A stretch of 62,069 bases of DNA, counting the filler, from Choristocarpus tenellus KU-1152 (lineage: Eukaryota; Protista; Phaeophyceae), in assembly GCA_964200185.2 (NCBI GenBank). It is 11 parts of 11 records of this genome, joined end to end, with 100 filler letters (N's around TTAATTAATTAA, not from the genome) between each part and the next. Parts side by side here need not be neighbours in the genome. Positions count along the whole stretch, not along the records: positions 18,963 to 24,939 come from CAXNAD020009264.1; positions 25,040 to 32,058 come from CAXNAD020006848.1; positions 32,159 to 35,125 come from CAXNAD020023297.1; positions 35,226 to 39,053 come from CAXNAD020017697.1; 7 more parts are not named here. One strand, written 5' to 3'. Within the stretch, counting starts at the first letter, position 1, and every line of letters starts with the position of its first letter. The translations under genes were made by a program, and so were the position numbers. This document shows, one piece after another, positions 24,573-37,166 of this stretch. The notes under the pieces are model-generated. The model was not told the DNA's origin and searched no databases. It saw only the letters and a program-made list of their open reading frames with translations.

Positions 24573-25141
24573 TTGGGCATATCTTCATTGGATCTGTTCT
24601 GTGGGGACTGTTTTTAGATGAGAGGAGTACATAAATGAGGGAGAATAGATCTTGAGTATGCAAAGGGGAAGGCAGTGTTGTGAGTCAAATATATCTTATT
24701 GGCTTCAGAGTCATATGGACATCATCCCTATGGTTTGGATTCACAACAGCTTTATGGCGTCCGTTTTGACCTAAATATATATATATATTTATATTTATAT
24801 ATTTATATTTATATATTTACTTTGCCATTTATGGTAGATTCAATTATGAGGTTATTACAGGTTCAGCCCCACTCCTCTAGTCCAGAGACAGTGCCCCCCC
24901 TTGTTCTATTTTACTCCTGATAGTAGCAAAGACACGGCGNNNNNNNNNNNNNNNNNNNNNNNNNNNNNNNNNNNNNNNNNNNNTTAATTAATTAANNNNN
25001 NNNNNNNNNNNNNNNNNNNNNNNNNNNNNNNNNNNNNNNCCCCCAGATACTTTGACCCTTTACCCTACCAACTACCTGTTGCGCTGGAACTAATTGCTCT
25101 GCCTCATGCGTGCCTTGATCATTCCTCCATCGTTGGGTTAA

Positions 25142-25405
25142 GAGTCAAAGTTTCTTAGAGGGTAGAGTCGCGTCCATCTGGGGGTCAAAATCCAATGTTG
25201 CAATTTTTATGTAATTTTGGCTATCATGTTTGTTAAGGGAATGCCAATATCTTTGTTCCGGACACACCTTTGCATAAATTGCATATTTACCTTACCTACT
25301 CCGAAACATTTTGAAGTAGGTAAAATATCATTATAAACCCGTGGGAAGCCAAGCCCCAAATGGACAAACAGGGAAAAACTCGTACCCTCTAAGATCCTCT
25401 CACTC
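25142..25405 (+). mobile_element. MITE family B copy
   Basis: TIRs GAGTCAAAGTTTCTTAGAGGGTA / TACCCTCTAAGATCCTCTCACTC and the same internal sequence as the other copies. Confidence 0.85.
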
Positions 25406-25959
25406 TCAGCCGTCCCATCATTTGACGGTCTGCCTCCTCCCTCGAAACTGATGCGTACTCCCTACATCCGCATTGAACATTCGCCACTACGTCCAAGTGT
25501 TTCTGCGCGTCCCTTTTGCGCTTTAACGTAAGGTAGTAAAACATTGGTGCATCTTCCCAATGAACTTGCTATTTGGTTCATCCAAACAGAATAAAAAATT
25601 TCCTGTGACAAAAAACTACGTTCGAGCCCTTGCACTCCCCTGTCAGAGGGGCAGTCAACATGGTAACCTCATGTGCATAGAGTATTATTCATCATCGATC
25701 GATCTGTTGCGTATCACGTATCCCAACACTCTTAAAAACAATATTACTAAGCCCTATCACATTTTACGTAAGTGCCGTGAAAAAATCAAAACTATGTCAC
25801 TACTACCATTGTAAAATTAGCACTTATCGTTGATGCAATCGATATCTCTGTAAAAAACGTTTACTGTTTAAAAAACTACTAATACAACAACACTCCCTCA
25901 TAGGTTGGTAATTAGGAAGTAATGTGTACACTAGTACATGCTATGCTTCTAATCTAGCT

Positions 25960-26520
25960 TAGACCTACAAAGGTGGGCGAGGAGCTAGGAAGTTTCCCAA
26001 GAATCTGCCAGGCCCCTTCTTGCCCACCTCCCTGCTATCTCTGGCTTGAAGCGCATGCTATGTCTCAAGAGATCCACTTGTAGAGGTAGACACTATATGT
26101 CTCAAACGGGACTTGACAGCCCCTTTCCTACGATATTCTCCTGCCCCTCTCCCCCCTACTCCATGGGTGGTTAACTCATCCAAGAAACTCTTTGCTGATT
26201 TCCCAGGTACGCAAAATATTCCACTGCGAAGGTGTTGAGGTTAAAGACACGAGGGTCAAAATATCTCTCGTAATGGCCTCGGCTGAAGCAGCAGTTACAC
26301 CATTGCCAGTGGATGAGAGTGGTAGATGACAGGCTGCTTGGATTTCTGGAAAAGCAACATCCCTAAGGAGGCGTTTGTCCCAGTAGAGAGCTGAGCCAGC
26401 GTGTGAGGGTGTCTCAGCATGGAACACCACATCCATCCGGAAGTTCCTGTCCACTGTAAAAATGGACTCCTATCCTCCAGAATGCAAGGAATGCCCATTC
26501 CCCTGCGGAGTTGACATAGG
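25960..26520 (-). mobile_element. CRE-like non-LTR retrotransposon RLE-domain fragment
   Basis: FRMDVV...LLRDVAF...SSTGNGVTAASAEA (PD..D-type restriction-like endonuclease followed by the AAxAE motif), then the shared GGGGCTGTCAAGTCCCG 3' segment. Confidence 0.7.
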
Positions 26521-29500
26521 CGATTTGATATATTTGAACTGTGCACTACAGCATTTGTTACACAGATAATCCTGTTTACGTACGGTACAGTACGGTTTTT
26601 GTTAAATTAAAAATGATACTTCAGGAATTTCCAAAGTATGGCACGGTAGCGATTAGTGTTTTTTTTTTTGGATGGTAACGCTATAGTTGTTCTGGAACTA
26701 CCATGGTATGGCTAGATAGGGATAATCTTTGAATGTTTTCGACAGCAAAGGTGCGGTAGTTCTTCAATTTGGTTGTGAGATACGGCGTAAGTTAACGCTG
26801 CCAAATCCTATGGTAGAAGGGATTCCCGTCCAAATACGTACTCATCACCGGGTAGTCAATGCCGTGACAAGGCTTGGAGTAAATGGTTTGAGAACCAACA
26901 TTTACCTAATAGAAAATCCTGTATCCCACATTGTACCGTTACTACATGTTCACACTCCACACTGCAAGATTTTCTTCTGCTTTCTCCTTCTCCTCCAAAG
27001 GCAAAGTAGTTGAGAGGTAGGTAGGTTTGAACCCTTTTGAAATTTAAGCCATCTTTCCTACCCCGTGCAATACACCCTATATCATTTACTGCCTCGCGTG
27101 CACAATAATAATAATAGCCTACCCAAAATCGATAGTACCCCTTTCCACACACGAAGTGTCATGACAATTCAGCCAAAGACTCTTTCTCCGATTGTACAAT
27201 ATGACTCTTTTTCCTTTTATCACGATCCCTAAATACAAGCTTGACTACCTCTATATCACGTTTGCTCTCTGGCGAAGAGGAAAAAGCAATTGCACAGGGT
27301 CGCATATTTTCGGCGTAGAACATGGGGAGAAGCACCGTAAAATTGTGTTTTTTTGCGCGCGGTTTCTAGACATTCGACATCAGGGACTCTCCAAAATATC
27401 GATCTGTTGCTGGCTGCTGAGAAACCGTGTAGGTAGGTGACTGTGTCATTATCACACCCAAACCGACAGTGATCTGCGCGATCTCTAAATGCCCAGATGG
27501 ATACAGAACCGTTCTATTTGACTTCAGTGTAGTTTTTTCCTATCGGTTCAAGTAACAATATATTACGATGCCCTCTCTGACATTTTGCAGATATGTTGGG
27601 GGAAGAGGAAACAGAGACCAAATGATAAATTTGAAATATTTGTGGATACAATGGATTTAGTTGTTGATGCTAAGATACCCTCCCTAAAATAGGTACATTT
27701 TGAAAACTAACGATTCCACACCGTCTAGTTGGAGATCGTTCTCTACCAACTAATAATGTGGAAACTGCTGTCAAGTACACCTACAGGAAATAGTTGTAAA
27801 CAATATTATTTCTGTAGAGAAAAGCGGTTTAAGGCTCACCTCCAATGAATGGTGCCAGGAGGTGAAGATCATCTCAAAATTACACCAAATACACTTGTAT
27901 AGTATGCAGTCAATAACAATAGGGCTCCGTAGAGATTTTCCATAATATGTTATTACGTACTCAACAGAAGGAATTGGTGTTGTTTTCGTTGTACATGCGC
28001 AAATGCAGCATAGAGATGCTTGGGTGTCATCTGTCATAATTTGAACGACTTAACTAGTCATCACTACTGAGGAAGTGCTCCCTGCAATGCTGTGCAAAAT
28101 AGTAATGGTGTTGTCAGGGTTGATTAGTCTTCTCGAGGGCTCTTTCCCATTGAAAAAATCCTTGATGAGAGCTCTTGCCTTTGAAGTGGCTAAAAGGGAA
28201 TTCTAAAACCAACGAAGGCATCACATCCTAGGGGTCCTGGGGGACTAGACATCATAGCAACAAACCACATTCTGGGCCCAACCATCCCCTAAAAAATGAT
28301 GTTTGGCAATATAGTTGGACTACATACAGGAGATGGAAGCGAAGGAAGGAATGTCTATTGACAGCAACAAAATATCCACTGCTTCCCATCTATTAATAGG
28401 ACCTAATATCTGACCACATCAAAGGACACCTTGCGATCAATCAAGCCCTACCCACAGTACACATGATAGTCTAAATATTGCAATCAACTACCTACGTTTT
28501 CTCCAGACTAGTGAAACAACCCTCATCCTGGTATGCCGTACGCACATATACATGTTAACCTTAGTGTTCCCCTGCTTCTTTCAAACGGTTTTGGTAATGT
28601 AACTGCGCTACTACACCATACATACGTCGTACCAATTACCGGATTGTATAATTGGTGCTTGCCTCTGATACACATGTAGTAAGTCTGCTCCCACTGCATA
28701 TTTTCCCCCATTGTTTATGTGTAATACCTCCAGCTTCCACGTGCAATTTGCACACACTTAGTTCAAGTTTCTTTCTGGATTCCTCTATTTTAACAATCGC
28801 TACCTGAGCCAAACACTCAAAGAATGCCCCTCCTTTTCTCGAACTCGATGCCAGAACAAGTTTTGGACTTAACACACCAGATTGTCGAGGTGGGTAGAAT
28901 TCTGTCAGCTGGATAGTGGGGAACTGTGGGGAAACATCTTACTCTCGTGGGGAGTTCAGGGTAACGTAAAGGAGTGATGATACTGAAAATCTCTGATGTT
29001 TGCATAGGGGTTGATTGCGATGCGAATTACCTTACTTCATTGAAGCATGAAGCTTGTGGTTGTACACCGAGAATATATGGCTTAGATGCGTGCACTAAAG
29101 ACAGGTGCATACATATTCCGCCTTTAGAAGTTTCTGTAAAAAATCGCTCGAATGATTTGAATATTCCAAATGATTAGAAAATAAGAACGGGTTCGATAGT
29201 GTAATAAATGACCACAAATAAATCTGATTTGAATCTCTCCTCTGAGCACAGGTTGGGATAGTCCCCATCTCAAAGTGAATATAGTAGAAGTATTAGAGGT
29301 GATGGTATCTCAAGAAGACAGGGAGTCCTAACATACATACCGTATCTTTATGGGGAGAAATAGTCCCCAGCCTATATTGAATATTATTGTAGAAACAATT
29401 ATAGGTGATGGTATGTCAACAAGAGTGAGACTGTGTCCTAACATAACATACTTCAATGGGGAAGCCATCAGATACAGAGTACAACGCATGTACGCCCTGC

Positions 29501-29860
29501 GTGCGTTTTGTAGGCAGCACATGCCGATTCAGAAGGCACCAAGAATATCAATCAAAAAGAGCTTCATGGTGGATCGATGACTTGAATCTACACCATCACT
29601 GAAAGTACACTCAGACAGGTAAGTTTCTACTATGAGGCTAGATCTATACTATTGTTGTGACATTTTGTGGCACGGTAAAGACTGGGGATGGGTTGCTTGA
29701 CAGACCTAATAAAAACCTGTTGTGCATTTGGCAATGGCTACGACTTTTACACACGTAACTTGTCAGAAACAACACACAAAACTTGCTTTCAGGGACCTAG
29801 AATAGCCCTACTATGTACTTACCACCCCATGCATCATAAATGGAAGAACCAAAGCCACCA

Positions 29861-30124
29861 CAAGAGCCAAAGTGAGCGAGGTACTCAGAGTTGCATCTCA
29901 AGGATGTTGGCGAATATGTTCTAAATTCGACTTCTTTTCACAATGCGTGTAGGATATCTTCCGATTTTTTTTCGAAAGATTTCCAACATTAGAGGAATCA
30001 ACCCTCTCAAGTCGAACTGAGCACTTTATCCATAGAAATTTAGGTGAATTGGGAAAGATCGAAAAACTTGCTTCCAGTGCAAAATGCCCCAAAACTGGGC
30101 ACCTCTCGTTTACGTGGACTCAAC
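29861..30124. mobile_element. MITE family A copy
   Basis: TIR-like GAGCCAAAGTGAGCGAGGTACTCAG / CTGGGCACCTCTCGTTTACGTGGACTC. Internal similarity to 6677-6946 and 44625-44887. Confidence 0.65.
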
Positions 30125-32814
30125 AAAATGTCAAACATTACTTCAAAACGAGAAGGGTATTACTGTTGCTGTACTCCTTTGGTTGCGATCCAGAACGTAA
30201 GAGTAAAACAAATGCTCTACTAACAGCACAAAGCAAGAGTGAGATTGTATTGTTTGCGTTTTGAATTTCTAGTCTTATTATCAAATCTGGTGAACAACCA
30301 TCCACTTAGCCATTTATATCAAAAAGGGAGAGCTCCTAATATGCTGTCAGTCATGATACGGAAACCAAAAACGACAGGGGCCATTTCCTCTAGGAGGTAG
30401 TTATTCCCATCGCTACGTAAACCTCAAAAGATCTACCTACCTCACCTCCGTGTCACTGTTAGCACAACGCACAAAAACACAAGACACTAAACATCAACAA
30501 CATGCAATGCCAAAAACAAACAACATACTCTTATGCATATGACAAAACATGGACACATATGCACATATATCACAACATAGTAGAGTGCACTAGTCGATAG
30601 CAGCACCCCACAACTCTCAAGCCACTCCTCATGAATCACACTGCCAGACAGAGGCAATGTTGAGTCGTGCACCTCGATCAGAGGTTTCCCCTGCCCTAAC
30701 ACGCAAAGGCCTTAATACCGCAAATCCACCAACACATACAAACAGCCAACTGACTTTTGGCCAATCATACTCAAAACAACAGTCATGGCTCATGGTTGTT
30801 GCTATGACTGAACCTGTCAAGGATCAGGTAAGCATAGAAAGAACCTGCTAGCCCCACCACTCTACAATATCTGCCACAGTCTTCTCATACTCCTGGGATT
30901 AGAACTCAAGACAAAAAGGTATGTGAAGGGTATGGAGAGGGAGAGGGAGAGGGGAGAGGGGAGAGGGGAGAGAGGAAGGACACCTTTTCAACAGCACTCC
31001 GATAGCTATCTATGTACTAGTTCATATATGCCACTATTTCTGTGTTAATGGCTAATAATAATGCCTGTCACTCTATCGGCAACACCTGCCCTCCCATGCA
31101 AGATAAAAAAAAGGGGAGGGGACATTTTGCCACATCGGTAGAAGTACAAACCCCTCTCCTGGAAGTCGATTTATCCTGTTCGTTTGCATGCAATACAATA
31201 CAGAGCAGTGCACAACACAGCAGTTCCGTGTGCCATCTGCTGCTGGGTTCTTCTTGAAGTCGAAGTAGACACCGGTTTTCTTTTTTGACATGAGCAACAT
31301 GCAACGCCCCCCCCCCTCCCCCCTAAAAAAAAATGCTCAACTTAAGTAGTAACTAAATTTTTCCACTTGTAAATCACCTTAGTACCTTGGTCTGTCTCCT
31401 ATATGTGCACATACACCATATCTCACAAAGTCGAGCAGTCCAATTATACACATGAAAAACCCCCAGCACCAGCCCATTACTGACCCTGAAAGGGAACCAA
31501 TCCGACTGCAATCACGGATGCTAGTACAATTTTACCTGATACAATACCCAATACAACTTGGGGATAATGAACAGGTAAGGAGTTGGTACAGGTTGAGGTC
31601 AAAGCAGTCACTGAAAATGACACACTGCTGGGGAAAAAAGTAATGGCAACAAAAACTGATACAAGCCCATCCACTTTGTGATGCTCAGCAGGAGTTGGTG
31701 GGGTGTTTGAGTGTGGTTGGGTGTGGAGTGGAGTTGGGGGGTGGGGTGGAGTGAGAGAGGGGAGAAATATCTCGCACAGCAGTTTCTATCACAAGAGTTC
31801 ACCAACACACAACAACCACCAAGGGAAAAGTCAAGTAGAGTCTGAAAGCAAGGTATTGGAGTATATCCGGATAGCCTTTCCTCCTCCCATGACTGTCATC
31901 ACCCCTGTGCATGTTGCACACTATTGACATACCACACCCACATCAGTTCCGGCAACATGGCCCCCACGAAGCACAAGAGTCCATCACAAAATCATGTCAT
32001 GCCTCACTTCCCTACACCCCCCCCACACCCCACTGTCCCGCCCTCCTCCCCTTTTCCCNNNNNNNNNNNNNNNNNNNNNNNNNNNNNNNNNNNNNNNNNN
32101 NNTTAATTAATTAANNNNNNNNNNNNNNNNNNNNNNNNNNNNNNNNNNNNNNNNNNNNATCTGCTGATTGTGAGCTGGAATTCCTGAGGGGGGATCTGGC
32201 ATGCTGGTTCCAGCGGTTGCATCGAGGCCCAGGCGTTTACTCCTTTTCCACACTGGCTCCGGTGGCGCGCTATTGATCAATTGAGGTTTGAGTAGAAGGG
32301 AGAGTTCAATAAGGCGACATATTTGGGCTTGTACAGAATCGCCTTAAATGGGGCTATTGCTTTATTGCGCTTGTGTCTACACAGTTACAGAACCTGAACA
32401 ATTATGAAGACGTAACACTTTTAGGAATTCAATATTTCTTTTTGGAATCCACTAGGTCTAACCCAAATCTCAAAATTAGTTTGATAGAAGTATTATTAAT
32501 GTTTGAAAAGTCTAACTTGATCCAACTGATACAAAAGTAAGGAGACTTTGAAAGCAATATACACACGCAATGAATGCTCTTGTCCTGTCTTATTATTTTT
32601 TGTGGGTGGTGATTTGGGTTAGAGTTAGGGTAAGAGGTAGGGTTATATGTTTCATAGATAGATTATGGGGGTGTACTTCTTACATTATTACGATATTGGT
32701 TGGGTTGTACTTCAACGTACTGTAATATATACCCCTCTCACATTTTGGTAGTGTATTCTAAAAAAGGTTAAGGACCAGAATCTATTCTACAAAAAAAATA
32801 GTACGAAGGTCCTG

Positions 32815-33113
32815 TCCATCATCAAAATCGAAGGGAGAGTGTTCAGTTCAAAGAAGAAGAGTGAAGAGAATCAATTGAGAAGCAAGACGAACCCAAAGAG
32901 CCAAGGCGAACAGTAACCCCGAGAGAATAATAAGGTTGAAGTTCGTCAGGAGGACAAAAAAATGATTAAGTGGGAAAGATTAAAGTTCATATAGAGTTAG
33001 AAAAGGAATCAGTCAAAGATGGGAGATCCGCCTTCGGAAAACGTCTTTATAGAGGGATTTCATGGTAAGGGAGAGGAACATTTTGGGTACAATGGTCGTC
33101 ATTGCTAAGATAC
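32815..33113 (-). mobile_element. Probable solo LTR related to the gypsy LTR at 9180-9567
   Basis: Shares GAGAATCA..GAGCAAGACG..CCAAG..AACxGTAACC..GAGAG..TAAGGTT and GGTACAA blocks with 9230-9550. Boundaries are uncertain. Confidence 0.4.
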
Positions 33114-33688
33114 ACTCCGAAATCCATTAAGAGCACGAAATTAGTGAGTAGGTATAACTATTTGGGAGGGCGCAAGTTTTCTAATGATGAGTGTGACCAC
33201 TTCAGCCAGTTAAGACGTTCGATGTCGGCCATATGACCGCGGACGCTGACCCACGGCCCTGCCACGTTGAAACAGTTCATGGTCTTGGTGGCGTGGTCAT
33301 GTTGAGTAGTGATGATCAAAGACTCTGCCATGTTCGAACTTGTATCTACCCCGCATGCTGCACCGCACACTATCTTAACGTACCGAGGTCAATGGACTCG
33401 AACATTTAGAACAAATTATCTATCGCTAAGCAGGTAATTTATTTTTTTAATTAAAGGTAAACCATGTTTGATCATTCCCCATACTCTTTTCAATCCAGCT
33501 CTATCTTGTACCTTCTAACTACTTGTATCTTGTATCTCATGCTATTGTCGCTCATATAAATACTAAATGGAAAATAGAATGCTTGCGTAAAATGAAATTC
33601 ATTAGCGGAAAGTTTTATCTAGCTCCAGAGTACGAGCTTTGCGGTCCCGTGATCCAATTCGCAATTTGATTATGCTGCTGTGCCACAC

Positions 33689-34166
33689 CTCTACAGGCGA
33701 ATAGCGCGAGCATTTCTTTCTGCCTACCAAAATGCGCGAACAGTACATATGCTTAAGAATTCATATAAGAGGAACTTTGAATTGATAGAAGATGCAGGGT
33801 AAGAATCGAAATGCATACTTAACCTTACAGAATAGACATCAATTCCTGAAAGTTGCAGAATAGAGATTTATGATTGGAGTATTTACACAGCAGTTTGCAG
33901 ACGTCATTTAACTCTTTGGCTATAGAAAAACGGTGAATGACGTTAATAAAAGGCAGAGCTGCTGCCGCACAACTCGGTCGTTATGATCCTTACCCTCCTT
34001 TGATAAAGCGAAAAGCGAGACATCGACTGAGCTAAGCATCAACTGACACCATGCATGGTCATCATCTGTGGACCCCCGTAGCATTGTTTTAAGGCCTTTG
34101 GGTTTGAGTTGTACATCCTGTGGAGGTGAGTTCTGGAGCGTGCTGTAACATGGAGGTCCTACCGAG
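33689..34166 (+). mobile_element. LTR followed by a tRNA-Gln-type primer binding site
   Basis: Homologous to the solo LTR at 40697-41250. Ends ...CTGTAACA at 34150 and is immediately followed by TGGAGGTCCTACCGAG. Confidence 0.75.
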
Positions 34167-35649
34167 GCTCTTCAAACTGGAGAGAGTATTCAGTATTCAG
34201 TATTCACCTCAGTGCTTAGGATTTTTGGTAGCTCCCTACAATAGCCTGGAAATTTTCTCACTTGGTTTGGTGGTCTCGTTAGATGGTTCTGGATCACCTT
34301 CGTCATCTACGGGACTTCCTTCTGCTTGGCCTTGTCGTCTACATTGGTGGTCTTGGAACATTGGCCCCACCTCCTAACTTGGAGAAATAGCCTAGTGTTT
34401 ATGGCATATGTGGCTCCAAGGGAAACATCATACACCTATAGTCGTAAACGAATGGTTTCTGACCGCCATGATAATATAGATTTCACCTAGGTAGTTATTC
34501 CCTGCCATTCGTACACTCACATTCCTGATCTGTTTTTCGTGTGTAATGCTATTCTTTTACTTCACAGGTTCCACTGGGAATCAGTGATTCGGAGATGTTC
34601 CAGCCCAGGGTCAAACTTTGCGAGAATTCCTGCTGTAGTTGTTACGGCTCAACGCATTTATGCATCACGTCCATGCATCAATAACTTAACCCCCTTCCAC
34701 ATTCTCAAAAGAAACGAGGAGATATGTCATTCATTGTTGGAATCCACGGGTTTATTTGGAATTGGCATCCTATGTTGGAAACAACTGGCAGAGTCAGAAC
34801 TGAGGTCCCTATATTGGAAACAACTGGCAAAGTCAGAACTGGAGCCCTTATGTCGCCACGTGGCAATTACATGCTGTCGCAGCACGATTTGAGGTGATAG
34901 ATGATATCTTGTCAAGATTATGCTTGACCATTTGTGAGAATATGATTTGAAGTATTATTTTATGTACGCACGGACGATAATGCGGGATATTCGGGATATT
35001 TAGGGGTATTTAACCAGAAGTAATCGGCAGACTGTTAGAGTCGGAGTGTTTCTTGAGGTGCACTAGAGAACTGTTGAGTCATTTGGTATTCTGAGTCATT
35101 CAATGTAAGGATTGGTGAGCCCCACNNNNNNNNNNNNNNNNNNNNNNNNNNNNNNNNNNNNNNNNNNNNTTAATTAATTAANNNNNNNNNNNNNNNNNNN
35201 NNNNNNNNNNNNNNNNNNNNNNNNNATCCTCCCTCCACATTCAAGAAGACAGACTGGAGAAATCCAGGAGATGGGGGGTGAATGTAATGATGATGGAATC
35301 ACCTGGATTGAAGGTGGACTAAGTGACGGTGATAAATCTGATGACACCTGGGATAATGGTGAACTTGTGGAGGAGATTGAGGACAGCGTTTATGATGACA
35401 ACGAGGCGAAGGAGAATGAAGATAGCAATGGTGGTGATGATAATGGGGTGGATGAAGCCAAGGACAGCTAATAATGTGAAAGGGAACTACGACGACTCAG
35501 CATTGGATATGGTGAAGACAACATCCTTCCCTACCGCACCAGATCAGGCAATACTTCCGCCAAAGCTGCTGTTTTTGACACATCCAATTTTTTATGGCTT
35601 GTTTGTCTGTTTCCATAGGGACTACCCTTGTGATGTGTGCGAGTGATGG

Positions 35650-37166
35650 TTCTATTAGAGTGTTAGTGAATGAGCTCCCTCCAGAACCCAAGACTGTAAG
35701 AGCAGCACGTAGCTCTCCCAATTGTGATTAATGGGATTGGGCTAGAGCAGAAGATATGTCTGGTTTGTTGAAAAATGTTTGGGCAGAGGCAGTATTACCC
35801 CCTGGACGCAGGGCAATAGACACTAAATGGATTCACAAGTGTAAGACTAACAAATTTGGTGAGGTAGTTAGATACAAGGCACGATTGGTAGCAAAAGGTT
35901 TTCGACAGATTGAGGGTTTAGATTACCAAGATACCTTTGCACCAACACCGTCCCCTGCATCTTTAAAAATGGTATTAGCTTTAGCTGCAGACAGAAATTG
36001 GGAATTAAAGCATTGGGATGTAAAACAAGCTTTCATACAAGCTGATATCAGCGAAGAGATTTTTATACGCTTATGTGATGGTTGTGGAAAATGGTCCGGA
36101 AAGATTGTACGTTTGATCAAGGCACTTTATGGCACCAAACAGGCAAGCAGAGAGTTTAATAATCTGTTGGTGCACATTATAGAAAAGTGTGGTTTTGAGC
36201 AATGCAGAGCAGACCCCTGTGTAATTACGCTATGTAAGAGATGACGTTGTTTGTGCTGTGATAGCCCCCCACGTAGATGATCTTTTGGTAGCTGGTAATT
36301 TGATGTTTTGATTTGGGTTCGCTCTAGGATTAAAGAGCAGTTTTCCATATAAGACCTTGGTGATATTGAGTATTATATGGGCTGTGAGATTTCACGTGAC
36401 AGAAATGTGCAGACTGTCACCATCAGTCAGACTAGGTACATTAAGAGTGTCGAAGATTTGGTATGGATGGGGCAAAGAAGAGGTCGGTACCCCATGATAT
36501 CTCAAGGACTCTAGACAAGAGTGAGAATCATCCAAGTGCTGATGAAAATACACCGTACAGAGAGGCAGTTGGTAGTTAAATGTGGGCATCTGTTATGACT
36601 AGGCTTGATATTTCAAGTGCAGTTCGTGAAGTTGCCAAGTACAGTAGCAATCCCAAAGTCACACATTGGCGTGCAGTGAAATGTTTATTAGCATATTTGA
36701 ATACATGTCCCAGTGTTGGATTGAGTTTTGGTGGCTTTGATACTGAGTGTGAGTTGAGTGCGTATGCTGATGCTAGTTATGCTGGAGACTGGAAGGATCG
36801 TAGATCAGTGACTGGAGGAGCAATATCTTGGATGTCAAAAGTACATAGAGTTGTAGCTCTGTCTTCCACGGAGAGTGAATATATAGCTCTTAGTAGTGTG
36901 GCACAGGAATTACTTTTCTTGAGAAGTGTTTTTTGAGTTTATTCTGCCACAGTTGCCTAGGTGTTGCATTGACTTGTTTGAGGATAACAAGCTCTACTAG
37001 AACAAAGCACATTGATGTCCGACATCATTTTTTGAGGGATTTTTCTAGAAAAGGAGAGATTCGTGTTGTTTTTGTTGGTACTACATATCAGAGGGCAGAT
37101 GTATTGACCAAGAATTTGCCAGTTCGAGGTTTTAGACAACATGTGAAGTTCTTGATGAACATGTGA
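35650..37166 (+). mobile_element. Ty1/copia pol fragment: reverse transcriptase and RNase H, degenerate
   Basis: TKWI..K...RYKARLVAKGFRQIEGLDYQDTFAP, DVKQAF, KALYGTKQASR, HVDDL, AYADASYAGD..DRRSVTG, ALSSTESEY, TKHIDVRHHF and QRADVLTK. Several stops and frameshifts. Confidence 0.96.

Noticed and set aside
30430-32058. Several possible minus-strand micro-exons (e.g. SVIATTMSHDCCFEYDWPK)
   Set aside because: I could not assemble a phase-consistent, recognisable protein.
35112-35125. TGGTGAGCCCCAC at a contig end, with reverse complement at 39044-39053, as a possible PBS
   Set aside because: Too short, truncated by gaps, and no LTR end can be defined.
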